Below are positions 47,405-58,820 of a stretch of DNA of 64,000 bases, in pieces. The stretch lies in assembly GCA_035714085.1 (NCBI GenBank), contig DASTMP010000285.1, positions 3,659-67,658 of the forward strand, written 5' to 3'. The notes below the pieces were generated by a model. It did no database searches, had not been told where the DNA came from, and saw nothing but the letters and a program-made list of their open reading frames with translations. Origin of the DNA: Blastocatellia bacterium (GTDB lineage Bacteria; Acidobacteriota; Blastocatellia; RBC074). Positions within the stretch are counted from its first letter, which is position 1, and each line of letters opens with the position of its first letter. The position numbers and the translations under genes are program-made.

Positions 47405-49660
47405 TCAATTCCACCGCCATCGGATAACTTTTATCAGGCTGGCATAGTTGTCTGTCCATACAGCGCTACGGTTGTCAGAGGTGATTCTTTCCCATCTCAG
47501 CAAATGCGCCAGGCTCTCCAGGGAGTTAGCTCGCGGCGCCAGCACGACCCATTCTGACGCGTCCTTACCCCGTGCGGGAGAGTCTTCCGTGTCCCGCCGC
47601 CATAGACATTCTGCGTCCGCCGCGCCCGCCGCCGCGGCCAGCACCGGTCGTAGATCAACGCTGCGATTAGATACCTGGAAAGCCAGGAGCCCGTTAGCGC
47701 TCAACTTCGATAGATATAACCCGATCGCCTCCGTCGTCAGCAGGTGAGTGGGAATGGCGTCGGAGTTGAAGGCGTCCAATACTATCAGGCCAAAGCTCTT
47801 ATCGGGCGCCTCATGCAGATTGAGTCTGGCGTCGCCGGGTACGATCCTGACCTCCTGCCTGGCGCAGTCACTGAGATAGGTAAAGTAGTCTTTATTTCTT
47901 GCTATTTTTATGACTTCCGGGTTGAGTTCGTAGAACGTCCAATTCTGGCCGGGTCGCCCGTAGCCGGCCATTGCCCCGACTCCGAGGCCTATTACAGCTA
48001 CTGTTTTTGGCGTCGGGCTGGCCTCGAACGCCTTAACTACATCGCCGAACGGCCCATCAGGGTGGAAATAGGAAATGGGGATGCACTTGCGAGCCGCGTC
48101 TGTGAACTGTTTGCCATGAATGGTATTGCCATGAATCAAACTGTTCATACTAAAGTCCGGCGTCGAAGTAACCCGCAATGCGCCGAAGAAATCACGACTA
48201 GAATACAGGGTCCTATTCAGCGCCTCCGAAGAAAGCGCGCCGGCTACAGCGATGGCGCTTATGGCAAGCGCGAACCTCAGTGGGCGGTTTTTGAAAAGGT
48301 GATTAGCAAGGACGAAAGGCAGCCCGAAAGCCAGCGCCACTCTGGGCGCCTCGTCCACACGGAGAAAGCCGGCGAATCGAGCGAGCAGCAACGCCATCAC
48401 GCCTATGAGCAGCGCATAAATACCATCCCGTAGCGCGCTCCGAAGTGTTGGTTTAGTGACATTACTCTGCTGGCAGGCTAAGCAGGCGACGACGATCATC
48501 AGCGGGTACTCCCAGTATCTGTCGAACATGTGAGGCGCCAGGAACGTGTTAAACGCTCCGCCCAGCCAGCCGCCGACCGCAATCATCAAATAGTATTCCG
48601 ATAACCTGTTTACTGGGGGCTTAGCGGAAGCCAACTGATAAGTGGCGCCGGCGGTAAGTATGAAAAAGGCCGCCAGGTGAAGCAACGCAAGCGCCCATGC
48701 GGGCTCTGTGGCCTCGGCCACGATAGTCAGCATTGATAGAATAGCCGCTCCCTGCACAAACAGTCCCGGCTTAAATTTCAACCGGCAAGAACGGGCAGTG
48801 AAGGCTAATATAAAAGCTAGCAGGTATAAGGTTAATGGCATGAGCCAGAGTAAGGGCGTCGCCGTGATATTTGACGTCACGTAATTTGTCACACTTAACA
48901 ATAAGCTTGTGGGAACGGCGCTCAGCAATAACCATCTCCATCTCCTGACGCCTGGCGATCGAACTTCATCACTAAGCCCGTCTGACGAAGGCAATGCGCC
49001 ACTATCTTGGGGCATTGCCGCCCTGCCCAGTCGCCAAACTAACCAGGAGCAAGCTAAAACCGCCAGGATATATACCAAGTACATGCCGGTCCACACTCCG
49101 GTTTGCCGATTCAGGGACAGCGTAGGCTCTACCAGGAAAGAGTACCCAAGTGTTGCGATTAAGCTCCCGGCATTACTGACAGCGTATAACGAATAGACAG
49201 ACTGACCGATGCCGGGATTAATTTGGGCGGCCCATGTCTGTAAGAGCGGGCTTGAGGTCGCAAGCGCAAAAGCCGACGGGCCTAATGTAACTGCTAACAC
49301 AGCCAGCGCCGACAGAATGGGTGAATGATTGTATAGCCAATCGGATCGCCTCACTCCCAAGTTCAGGGGAAGAGAGAGAGACGCCGTCAGGGCCAACAAA
49401 GCGACATGAATGATGACTTGTCGTCTGAGGTCAAAGAGCTTGTCTAAGATGATCACGTACCCGTAGGCCATCACTATTACCGACTGAAAGAATATTACGC
49501 ATCCTCCCCATACCTCGGGTACCCCACCGTAAGCAGGCAGAAGCGCTTTGGCGATGAGCGGCTGTACCCAAAACAACAAAATCGCGCCGGTAAATAGCGA
49601 GATGGCGCATAAGCCAGAGATTGTGCGCGGTCGCTCTCCGAATGTCATTATTTTGCTCAT
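47405..49660 (-). CDS. Membrane-fused spermidine/spermine-synthase-like (aminopropyltransferase-fold) protein
   Basis: An N-terminal domain of about 14 TM helices, then a C-terminal SpeE-like Rossmann domain (VAVIGLGVGAMAGY...YELNP.V...D.RLNL......FGLIVLDAFNSDAIPTHL). Start chosen at MSKIMTFG (49660). The ORF-track start at 50119 would overlap the divergent peptidase gene. Confidence 0.65.
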   Translation of the reverse strand: MSKIMTFGERPRTISGLCAISLFTGAILLFWVQPLIAKALLPAYGGVPEVWGGCVIFFQSVIVMAYGYVIILDKLFDLRRQVIIHVALLALTASLSLPLNLGVRRSDWLYNHSPILSALAVLAVTLGPSAFALATSSPLLQTWAAQINPGIGQSVYSLYAVSNAGSLIATLGYSFLVEPTLSLNRQTGVWTGMYLVYILAVLACSWLVWRLGRAAMPQDSGALPSSDGLSDEVRSPGVRRWRWLLLSAVPTSLLLSVTNYVTSNITATPLLWLMPLTLYLLAFILAFTARSCRLKFKPGLFVQGAAILSMLTIVAEATEPAWALALLHLAAFFILTAGATYQLASAKPPVNRLSEYYLMIAVGGWLGGAFNTFLAPHMFDRYWEYPLMIVVACLACQQSNVTKPTLRSALRDGIYALLIGVMALLLARFAGFLRVDEAPRVALAFGLPFVLANHLFKNRPLRFALAISAIAVAGALSSEALNRTLYSSRDFFGALRVTSTPDFSMNSLIHGNTIHGKQFTDAARKCIPISYFHPDGPFGDVVKAFEASPTPKTVAVIGLGVGAMAGYGRPGQNWTFYELNPEVIKIARNKDYFTYLSDCARQEVRIVPGDARLNLHEAPDKSFGLIVLDAFNSDAIPTHLLTTEAIGLYLSKLSANGLLAFQVSNRSVDLRPVLAAAAGAADAECLWRRDTEDSPARGKDASEWVVLAPRANSLESLAHLLRWERITSDNRSAVWTDNYASLIKVIRWRWN

Positions 49661-50009
49661 GCCGTAAATTTTGGTGGTCTGAAAAACCAGGGTTGAAGTA
49701 AGAAGATCGGACGCCGACTGATTGTCGCTGGCGTATGCGACTGCGGTCGTCGTCTGCCTGGTTTTGAAATCTTTGATCGCCCGGATCAGCTTGCGATCCT
49801 CAGCCAGGACGAAATATTGCCAAGCGCGGATGAATGAAACCACAAGCGCGACTCTTTTTCCAATTTTTCCAAGCGGTGAATCATAGAACCTGAAAACGTT
49901 TGATCCCATGAGCGGATCTCTCGCCGCGTACTGCCATTCCCGAAACTTCATGCTAAGCTCACGCCTTGTCGCCAACCACATAATCATATCGAGCGATAAG
50001 GAGCCATCA

Positions 50010-52184
50010 ATGAATCTCCATTCATCCGCACGAATAATTTTCGTGGCCGCTGCGATTGAGGCGTTGCTCTCATTGAGCGCTGTCGTCCCGGCCAGAAAAA
50101 CATCCGCACAGAACAACACTACGATGAATAAAACCTTCGTTTATCCAACCGCAAAGAAAGTCGATCAGATTGACGATTATCACGGCGTGAAGGTCGCCGA
50201 CCCTTACCGCTGGCTGGAAAACCCGGATTCGGCTGATTCGCGCGCGTGGATCGAAGCGGAGAACAAGCTCACTTTCGGCTTTCTTAACGAGATTCCCGAA
50301 CGCGCGAAGATAAAGGAGCGATTGACCAGGCTCTGGAATTACGAGAAGTACACTCCACCGTTTAAAGAGGGTGGCCGCTACTTCTATTTCAAGAACGACG
50401 GCCTGCAGAACCAGAACGTGCTCTACACTTTAAAATCGCTCGACGGCGAACCGCGCGTCTTGCTCGACCCGAACAAACTTTCAACTGACGGCACAGTGGC
50501 TTTGTCGGGCTATGCGGTCAGCGAGGACGGCAAATATCTCGCCTACGGGCTTTCGACCTCCGGCTCCGATTGGCAGGAATGGAAGGTGCGCGAAATCGAG
50601 ACGGGCAATGATTTGCACGATCAGCTCAAATGGGTGAAGTTCTCCGGCGCGTCGTGGACGACGGACGGCAAAGGATTCTTCTATAGTCGCTACGACGAGC
50701 CGAACGAGAAAACTAAGCTCGAAGACGCCAACTATTATCAGAAGCTTTTCTATCACCGCCTCGGCTCGCCGCAATCCGAGGACGTAATGGTCTATGAACG
50801 CAATGATCAGAAGGAATGGGGATTCGACGGCCAAGTCACCGAAGACGGGCGTTATCTGATCGTCAGCGTCTGGCAAGGAACCGACCCGCGAAACAGAGTA
50901 TTTTTCAAAGACCTTCAATCGCCTGACGCAAAGGTCGTCGAACTGATCCCCGAACTCGAAGCCGCGTACAACTTCATTGACAACGACGGTCCCGTCTTCT
51001 GGTTCCGCACCGACTTAAACTCGCCGCGAGGCCGAATCATCGCGATTGATACGCGCAATTCCGGTCGGGCGAACTGGAAAGAGCTTGTGGCGCAGGCGCC
51101 GGAAACGCTCGAAGGCGTGATCCTGGTCGGAGACCATTTCATCGCCTCGTATCTGAAAGACGCGCGCTCGCAAGTCAAGCTCTTCGATTTGAACGGAAAG
51201 TTCGTTCGCGAAGTCGATCTGCCCGGCATCGGCACGGCCGCCAATTTCAGCGGGAAGCGCAAAGACACCGAGTCGTTTTACGCCTTCACAAGTTTCACTT
51301 CGCCGACGACCATCTATCGCTATGACGTGAAGACCGGCAAGAGCGAGGTTTACCGCAAGCCTAAAGTCGATTTCGACACCAGCCTCTACGAAACCAAACA
51401 GGTCTTTTACAACAGCAAAGATGGAACGCGCGTACCGATGTTCATCACGCGCAAGAAGGGCTTGAAGCTCGACGGACAGAATCCGACGTTGCTTTACGGC
51501 TATGGCGGCTTCAGCGTTTCGCTGACGCCAGCGTTTTCAATTTCGAATCTGGTCTGGATGGAGATGGGCGGAATTTACGCGCAGCCCAACCTGCGGGGCG
51601 GCGCCGAATACGGCGAGGAGTGGCACCTGGCCGGGACGAAGGCGAAGAAGCAGAACGTGTTTGACGATTTCATCGCCGCCGCCGAATGGCTGATCGCCAA
51701 TAATTACACATCGACGCCGAAGCTGGCCATCAGCGGCGGCAGCAATGGCGGATTGCTCGTTGGCGCTTGCCTCACGCAGCGCCCCGATCTGTTCGGCGCC
51801 GCGCTGCCGGCCGTTGGCGTAATGGACATGCTGCGCTTTCACAAATTCACCATCGGCTGGGCCTGGACTTCCGATTATGGTTCGCCCGACGACGCCGAGG
51901 ATTTCAAATCGCTCTACGCCTATTCGCCGCTGCAGAACATTAAACCGGGCGTGAAATATCCTCCGACCTTGATCACGACCGCCGATCATGACGACCGCGT
52001 AGTTCCCGCGCACAGCTTCAAATTCGCCGCGACGCTTCAGGCCGCGCAGGCAGGCCCCGCGCCGACGCTGATCCGCATCGAGACCAAAGCCGGACACGGC
52101 GCGGGTAAACCCACATCGAAGATCATTGAAGAGATTTCTGACAGTTGGGGATTCCTTGTGCGGGTCTTGGATGTGAAGCAATAA
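50010..52184 (+). CDS. Prolyl oligopeptidase (S9A family), secreted
   Basis: AAGGAG RBS 6 nt before the ATG at 50010, then a signal peptide. An N-terminal beta-propeller and a C-terminal catalytic domain with the nucleophile motif GGSNGGLLVGA, plus Asp and His regions (ADHDDRV, GHGAG). Confidence 0.85.
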   Translation: MNLHSSARIIFVAAAIEALLSLSAVVPARKTSAQNNTTMNKTFVYPTAKKVDQIDDYHGVKVADPYRWLENPDSADSRAWIEAENKLTFGFLNEIPERAKIKERLTRLWNYEKYTPPFKEGGRYFYFKNDGLQNQNVLYTLKSLDGEPRVLLDPNKLSTDGTVALSGYAVSEDGKYLAYGLSTSGSDWQEWKVREIETGNDLHDQLKWVKFSGASWTTDGKGFFYSRYDEPNEKTKLEDANYYQKLFYHRLGSPQSEDVMVYERNDQKEWGFDGQVTEDGRYLIVSVWQGTDPRNRVFFKDLQSPDAKVVELIPELEAAYNFIDNDGPVFWFRTDLNSPRGRIIAIDTRNSGRANWKELVAQAPETLEGVILVGDHFIASYLKDARSQVKLFDLNGKFVREVDLPGIGTAANFSGKRKDTESFYAFTSFTSPTTIYRYDVKTGKSEVYRKPKVDFDTSLYETKQVFYNSKDGTRVPMFITRKKGLKLDGQNPTLLYGYGGFSVSLTPAFSISNLVWMEMGGIYAQPNLRGGAEYGEEWHLAGTKAKKQNVFDDFIAAAEWLIANNYTSTPKLAISGGSNGGLLVGACLTQRPDLFGAALPAVGVMDMLRFHKFTIGWAWTSDYGSPDDAEDFKSLYAYSPLQNIKPGVKYPPTLITTADHDDRVVPAHSFKFAATLQAAQAGPAPTLIRIETKAGHGAGKPTSKIIEEISDSWGFLVRVLDVKQ

Positions 52185-52190
52185 ACAGCC

Positions 52191-52270
52191 AGTAGGGAAT
52201 AGGGAGTGGGGAGTGGGGAGTGGAAGGACAAAAGTTCCCCCACTCCCCATTCCCTATTCCCTATTCCCCT
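52191..52270. terminator. G-rich/C-rich palindromic element between convergent stop codons (bidirectional terminator candidate)
   Basis: agtagggaatagggagtggggagtggggagtgg - loop - cccactccccattccctattccctattcccc. It lies between the stops of 50010..52184 (+) and 52280..53713 (-). Confidence 0.5.
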
Positions 52271-52279
52271 CCTGGCGGT

Positions 52280-53713
<1,434 letters not shown>

Positions 53714-53736
53714 GGTCGTCCTCAGAAATAAAATTA

Positions 53737-54067
53737 TGCAGTGACAAATTATGGTCTTTGAAAAAATAGCGCAACCAGATTTCGCTGGCCATTTCCTTAG
53801 TCGCCGCAGCGACAGTTGATCCTAGCCCGGCTTTTCAAAGCCGGGTGGATGGTCGGACAGTGGTTTCAGTCGCGGCAGCGACGGTTGACACTGATCGGCA
53901 ACATCAATCGTCGCTGCCGCGACTAGGGACTGATGCGCTCATTGTCCCGGCTTTGAAAAGCCGGGCTAAGCTCACATGGTCGCTGCCGCGACCGGGGAAA
54001 ATGTGGTTGCGCTATTTTTTCAAAGACCATTATTCGTCACTGCGCGGTGACGAATAAATTCGTCACT
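53737..54067. repeat. MITE-like nested palindrome (about 330 bp)
   Basis: Outer 40-bp inverted repeats: tgcagtgacaaattatggtctttgaaaaaatagcgcaacca (53737-) against tggttgcgctattttttcaaagaccattattcgtcactgc (-54043). Inner IRs: gccgcagcgacagttga...agcccggcttttcaaagccggg against cccggctttgaaaagccgggct...gtcgctgccgcgac. A terminal hairpin gtgacgaataaattcgtcac at 54046-54065. Confidence 0.55.
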
Positions 54068-54125
54068 ACATAGGGCATTTTCATTGTTTCAGGGCGTCGC
54101 AACTCGACATGTTTAAATCCTCCGA

Positions 54126-54434
54126 TTATTCCTGGCGCAAAGCCACCATCGGATCGACTTTTGTCGCGCGCCGCGCCGGAATGTAACAGGCTGTCAGCGC
54201 CACCATTGCAAGCAACAGAGCTATGCCGATCAATGTGCCCGGGTCGGCTGCTTTGACGCCGAAGATGAATTTCGTCAGCAATTGGGCGCCGGCAAACACG
54301 CCGAAGATTATCACGCTGGTTCGTGACTGCGCAGACAGAGTTGAAGCGCGCTCTTCCATCGTCTTCACGTCGGCGATTGGCAGGTCTTTGTCTTCCTGCG
54401 CGACCGCCTGCCGGATGGCGGCCGACAGTTTCAT
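54126..54434 (-). pseudogene. C-terminal fragment (last about 100 aa) of an ADOP/FtsX permease
   Basis: Ends ...[20 protein letters not shown] like the full-length ADOPs, but only the last two TM helices are present. No upstream N-terminal or periplasmic domain. Confidence 0.6.
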
Positions 54435-54435
54435 C

Positions 54436-54472
54436 GGGTTTCAGGTTTCAGGCGTCAGGTTTCAGGTTTCAG
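54436..54472. repeat. 5x tandem heptamer (ggtttca; one ggcgtca variant) at the truncation junction of the ADOP fragment
   Basis: ggtttcaggtttcaggcgtcaggtttcaggtttcag, immediately 5' (on the - strand) of the fragment's first codon. Confidence 0.5.
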
Positions 54473-54513
54473 ATGAAAAATGTCGCCACTGATCCCTACC
54501 TGGCGCCTGGCGC

Positions 54514-56964
54514 CTATTCGTGCCTGAGAGCGATCAGGGGATCCACCTTCGTCGCCCGCCGCGCCGGCAGATAGCCGGCCAGCGCGCCGACGCCAACCAA
54601 CAACAAAGAGGCGATTACGAATGTAACCGGGTCGGCCGCGGTGATCCTGAAGAGCAAACTCCCGATAAGGCGCGTGACGGCGAAAGCGGCGATCAGTCCC
54701 AAAGCGACTCCGCCCATTACGAGCGCCATCCCCTGCCTGACGACCAGCGAGAGCACATTTTGCGAGCGCGCTCCAAGCGCCATGCGAATGCCGATCTCGC
54801 GCGTGCGTTGGGCGACGGAATAGGCCATTACGCCATATATCCCGATTGACGACAGGAGCAGCGCCAGCAGGCCGAAGAAGGCCAGGAGACGGGTTTGCGA
54901 CCGCTGCCCGTTGAGCGATTGATCAATGCGGTCGCTGAGCGTCTGGACGTTGAGCAGCGGGAGATTCGGGGCCAGCTCTTTAGCCACGCCGCGCACGGCG
55001 GCGGATATCTGCGCGGCGTCGCCCGTCGCGCGAACGTGCAGAGCGCCGGCGTCGGAGTAATTCTGGAGCAGCGGCACGTAGATGAAAGGAGTGTTCGCTT
55101 CGGTCAGGCTGTTGTATTTAGTGTCGCGGGCCACGCCGACGACTTCACGATAGAACTCATCGCCGAAGAATTTGAACCGCTTGCCGATGGCGCCCTGATT
55201 GGGCCAGAAGCGCCTGGCCATGGTCTCGTTGATGATCACGACCTGCGGAGCGCCCTCTCCGTCCTGCTCGCTGAAATCGCGGCCTTGCAGCAGTGGAATG
55301 CCCAGCGTCTCGAAGAACCGCAATCCCACGTTGTTGAGTTGTACAAGCACGCCTCGGCCATTAGGCGTGGGCGCCTGACCTTCAAGAAAGACGCTTCGCA
55401 TAATGCCGCCGCCGAAGGGGCGACCGCTCGCAATTGTCACAGCCTGCGCGCCGGGCAACGCGGCAGTGCGCTCAACCAATTGCCGCTGGAAATTGACGCC
55501 TTGCGGCTTGGCCATTCCTTCGCGCCCCAAATTGAAGCCGGCAAGCAAAATGTTATCGGTGATGAAGCCCGGATTGATGGCCTGAGCATTGCGCAAGCTC
55601 CGCACAAACAGCCCGGCGCTGATGAGCGAGACGAGCGAGAGCGCGACCTGAATCACCACCAGAGCCTTGCGCAGGTTGAAACCGAAAGCGCGGCGAGCCG
55701 CCGCGGAGGTTTCGCCTTTCAGCGTCAACACCAGATCGGGTTTGGAGGCTTGCAGCGCGGGCGCCAGGCCGAAGATGACCCCGCTCAAGAGCGAGATCAG
55801 CAAGGTGAAGCCGAGCACTCGGAAATTCAACGCCGCTACCGGCGGAGCGTTCGGCCCACCGCCGACCGGATCGAAAGAGCGCAACAAGTCTCTCGCCCAA
55901 AACGCCACCAGAAATCCGACCACGCCGCCTATCAGAGAAAGGACCAGGCTTTCGGTCAGAAGTTGTCTGATCAACCTCCTCCGTCCGGCGCCTAACGCCA
56001 GTCGGACCGCGATCTCCTTGCGACGAGCGGAAGCGCGCGCCAGCAACAGATTGGCGATGTTGGCGCAGGCGATCAGCAAGACCAGAGCGACGACCGCCAT
56101 CATCATTCCCGAAGCGAGCATCAGCTGGCCTGAGCCGTCAGGGTCAATTCTTGCCTGAAGCAGAGGAACGATTTTCGCGCTGCGCCCCTCATTGTCTCTG
56201 GGATAGTCTTGCGCCAACTGACCTGCGAAAATTTTGAGTGAGGACTGCGCCTGCTCTACGCTCACGCCCGGCTTGAGACGTCCGATCAGATTGAGAAAGA
56301 GGCCGCGCCGCTCATTGTACCAATCGAACCCCGGCTGGACTTGATCGTGCATCATCATCGGAACCCAGAGGTCGGGGCCAGGCCCAAGATTGGTTCCGGT
56401 GAAACCTTCGGGGACGATTCCAACGACGGTGAAATCGTGGCGATTCAGCGAAATCGTTTTACCGACCAGATTCGTATCGCCGCCGAAGCTGCGCTGCCAC
56501 AGGCCGTGGCTGAGCGCGACGACCGGATGCGCTCCCGGAGTCTGGTCCTCGTCCGGCATAAACGTGCGCCCCAGCGCGGCCTTCACCCCCAGCACGTCGA
56601 AGTAATTGCCAGAAACTGCGAGGCCGAAGACCGGCTCGGTCGTCTCCTCTTTGGTCAAGCTCAGTTGCGCGAAGGTATAGGCCAGAAGGCCGGAGAAGAC
56701 CTGGTTCTGATCACGGTAATCCACATAGTTCAGATGCGAAGTCGAAAGGTTCCCCGGATTCTTGACGTCCGTCGTGAAGACCGACACCAAACGCCCAGGC
56801 TCTTCGACCGGCAATGGTTTCAGCAGCGAATCGTTGATGATGCTGAAGACGGCGGTGTTGGCCCCGATACCGAGCGCCAGAGAGAGCGCCGCGACTAGGG
56901 TAAAAGCAGGACTCTTGAACAAGATCCTGAATCCGAAGCGAACGTCTTGCCATAAAGTTTCCAT
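54514..56964 (-). CDS. ADOP-type ABC transporter permease (MacB/FtsX-like), full length
   Basis: 816 aa. N-terminus METLWQDVRFGFRIL...LALGIGANTAVFS, two FtsX TM bundles, C-terminus ...[15 protein letters not shown]. Confidence 0.85.
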   Translation of the reverse strand: METLWQDVRFGFRILFKSPAFTLVAALSLALGIGANTAVFSIINDSLLKPLPVEEPGRLVSVFTTDVKNPGNLSTSHLNYVDYRDQNQVFSGLLAYTFAQLSLTKEETTEPVFGLAVSGNYFDVLGVKAALGRTFMPDEDQTPGAHPVVALSHGLWQRSFGGDTNLVGKTISLNRHDFTVVGIVPEGFTGTNLGPGPDLWVPMMMHDQVQPGFDWYNERRGLFLNLIGRLKPGVSVEQAQSSLKIFAGQLAQDYPRDNEGRSAKIVPLLQARIDPDGSGQLMLASGMMMAVVALVLLIACANIANLLLARASARRKEIAVRLALGAGRRRLIRQLLTESLVLSLIGGVVGFLVAFWARDLLRSFDPVGGGPNAPPVAALNFRVLGFTLLISLLSGVIFGLAPALQASKPDLVLTLKGETSAAARRAFGFNLRKALVVIQVALSLVSLISAGLFVRSLRNAQAINPGFITDNILLAGFNLGREGMAKPQGVNFQRQLVERTAALPGAQAVTIASGRPFGGGIMRSVFLEGQAPTPNGRGVLVQLNNVGLRFFETLGIPLLQGRDFSEQDGEGAPQVVIINETMARRFWPNQGAIGKRFKFFGDEFYREVVGVARDTKYNSLTEANTPFIYVPLLQNYSDAGALHVRATGDAAQISAAVRGVAKELAPNLPLLNVQTLSDRIDQSLNGQRSQTRLLAFFGLLALLLSSIGIYGVMAYSVAQRTREIGIRMALGARSQNVLSLVVRQGMALVMGGVALGLIAAFAVTRLIGSLLFRITAADPVTFVIASLLLVGVGALAGYLPARRATKVDPLIALRHE

Positions 56965-56987
56965 CGACTCATCTCCTCTGAAGAATT

Positions 56988-58748
56988 TTAGTTGAGGGCA
57001 TAGACTCGGAACGGAAAGGCTCGATATAGGAGCATATTGAACCCGTCTTTCTCGCCGTAGAACTCGTATAACTTTTTCCTGGTGTAAAACAATGCTTTGC
57101 TTGGCGTGTCGCCGGCCTTTAACCGCTCGAAAAAGAAGGCGATGGTTTTTGTTGAAGAGTTGCCCGCCTCGTTACTGAGGATAGGGGCGACATAAAACTG
57201 TGTTCCGCGATCTCGAAAACTCTGAATGAATTGAGCGCTTACTCCCAGTTGGCAAGAATCGAGATAAACCAGCCCGGGAGATAAATGAGAAAGGCGCTCT
57301 GGCTGCAGGCGCTCCTTTCCCATTGCCATGAAATCTTTATTGGCAAATTGAACCCACCCGTGGGCGCTGATTAAGAGAACATCCGCAGCCCGGAGCGATG
57401 AGAGCTTGGCGAGGTTCATTTCTTCCATATCGTAATAGCCCGACGAGGGCAATGCGTCTTTTAGAACCTGGCAACACCTCTCCGGATTGATTGCCCTGTC
57501 CTCGATAATCAATGCGGTTTGTCGAGGCGAAAGTGGAAACTCCCTGGGCCCAATTTTTTCAAAACTGTATGTCACCGGCTTCTGAAGAAATAGTGGGCGG
57601 CCTTTAAAGTGGAGCAGGTCTAACGGGAATCTCAGGAATCGCCCAGGGATAACGAATTGGATTTCTGTTGACGAATCCACCAGATCAGCGATCGGCGTAA
57701 AGATGAGCGCGCCAAACTCCTCGAGCACGGGGTTTATATCGGCTTTGTCGCCTTCAAACTCATTAATACTCGAATAAACCATCTGCAATCGGCTCACTAT
57801 CTCTTCCGCTCCTTTTGCGAGAGTGAAGGTTTTATTCTTTTCATCGAGTTCAGCCCGGATCGATACCTGATTGCCGGTTGATTGGAGAGAGAGGTACAAC
57901 ACGCCTCTTCTGGTTGTCGGATGGCCGGATCTGTTCACTCTACTGATAGAGAGTTCATCAAACGCAGCCCCCGGACTCTTGAACTTTGCATCTTCGATCG
58001 GGGTGTTGTGTTTGACTTCAGAGACCTTGTAAATGTATTTGTCCGCCGGCTGGCGGATGGTGAAGGGCAATTTGACGCCGTCCACTTCTCGATAGTCCTC
58101 GAAGTAGGTTTCAACCGGAACCTTGTCCCTGCTTATACTCTCGGAGATAGAATCTGTTCGGACGAGCAGCCCCGTTTGAGCATCGAAGAACCATTTTTCG
58201 GCGCTACCTTCGGAAGGCGTTGCCTCTATGCAATATGTCGTATGGTAGCCGACCTTCGCCTGGCCTATGAAGGCCATCTTTGGATAAAGCTCCTTGAGCT
58301 TGATATCCCGGTAAAACTCGTGGTTGCGTTTTTCCGCAGCCAGTTCAGTTCCGCTCAGTTCACGAAACCCGCCATCAGTCGGATTAAGCGACCAACCTAC
58401 CGACCCATTGAACCCACGCGAGATTTCAAATTCGATGCCATTACCCAATATTATCTGGCCGATTCCAACGCCTTTGTTCGGAGCCTGCTCATCTATCTCA
58501 AAACTGGCATTGGCATCGTTGCCTTCAATTACAAGCGTCATCTTCGTGACGCGGCTCGTCAACTTACTATAAGCCGCCGCGCCACCGATCGCCTGAACAT
58601 ACCTGTCGAGGATTTGATCCACGGTTGGCATTGATTGAGGCGCTTTCTCTGACTGCGGCTCAGTCCCTGACTTTTGTTGAGCGCCCTGCGCCACCGCTGG
58701 GACAAATGTAACCATGCTCAATAGTAGGATTGTGAGACTTCGCTTCAT
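56988..58748 (-). CDS. Secreted protein with C-terminal CHAT-like (caspase-fold) domain
   Basis: Signal peptide MKRSLTILLLSMVTFVPAVAQGA. The C-terminal region has a His/Cys dyad context (VLLISAHGWV ... LVYLDSCQLGVS) and a CHAT-type tail (YVAPILSNEAGNSSTKTIAFFFERLKAGDTPSKALFYTRKKL). Confidence 0.5.
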   Translation of the reverse strand: MKRSLTILLLSMVTFVPAVAQGAQQKSGTEPQSEKAPQSMPTVDQILDRYVQAIGGAAAYSKLTSRVTKMTLVIEGNDANASFEIDEQAPNKGVGIGQIILGNGIEFEISRGFNGSVGWSLNPTDGGFRELSGTELAAEKRNHEFYRDIKLKELYPKMAFIGQAKVGYHTTYCIEATPSEGSAEKWFFDAQTGLLVRTDSISESISRDKVPVETYFEDYREVDGVKLPFTIRQPADKYIYKVSEVKHNTPIEDAKFKSPGAAFDELSISRVNRSGHPTTRRGVLYLSLQSTGNQVSIRAELDEKNKTFTLAKGAEEIVSRLQMVYSSINEFEGDKADINPVLEEFGALIFTPIADLVDSSTEIQFVIPGRFLRFPLDLLHFKGRPLFLQKPVTYSFEKIGPREFPLSPRQTALIIEDRAINPERCCQVLKDALPSSGYYDMEEMNLAKLSSLRAADVLLISAHGWVQFANKDFMAMGKERLQPERLSHLSPGLVYLDSCQLGVSAQFIQSFRDRGTQFYVAPILSNEAGNSSTKTIAFFFERLKAGDTPSKALFYTRKKLYEFYGEKDGFNMLLYRAFPFRVYALN

Positions 58749-58820
58749 CGCTTCATCCCCCTCTACGGTTCACATAGCCAATAACCTGTGACGCGCCCCT
58801 GGCATACGGCATATCGCAAA

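Noticed and set aside
47405-50119. Long N-terminal extension (about 150 aa) of the membrane/SpeE-like protein suggested by the ORF track
   Set aside because: The extension has no TM or domain character and would overlap the divergent peptidase gene. MSKIMTFG at 49660 begins the first TM helix, so the shorter start is preferred.
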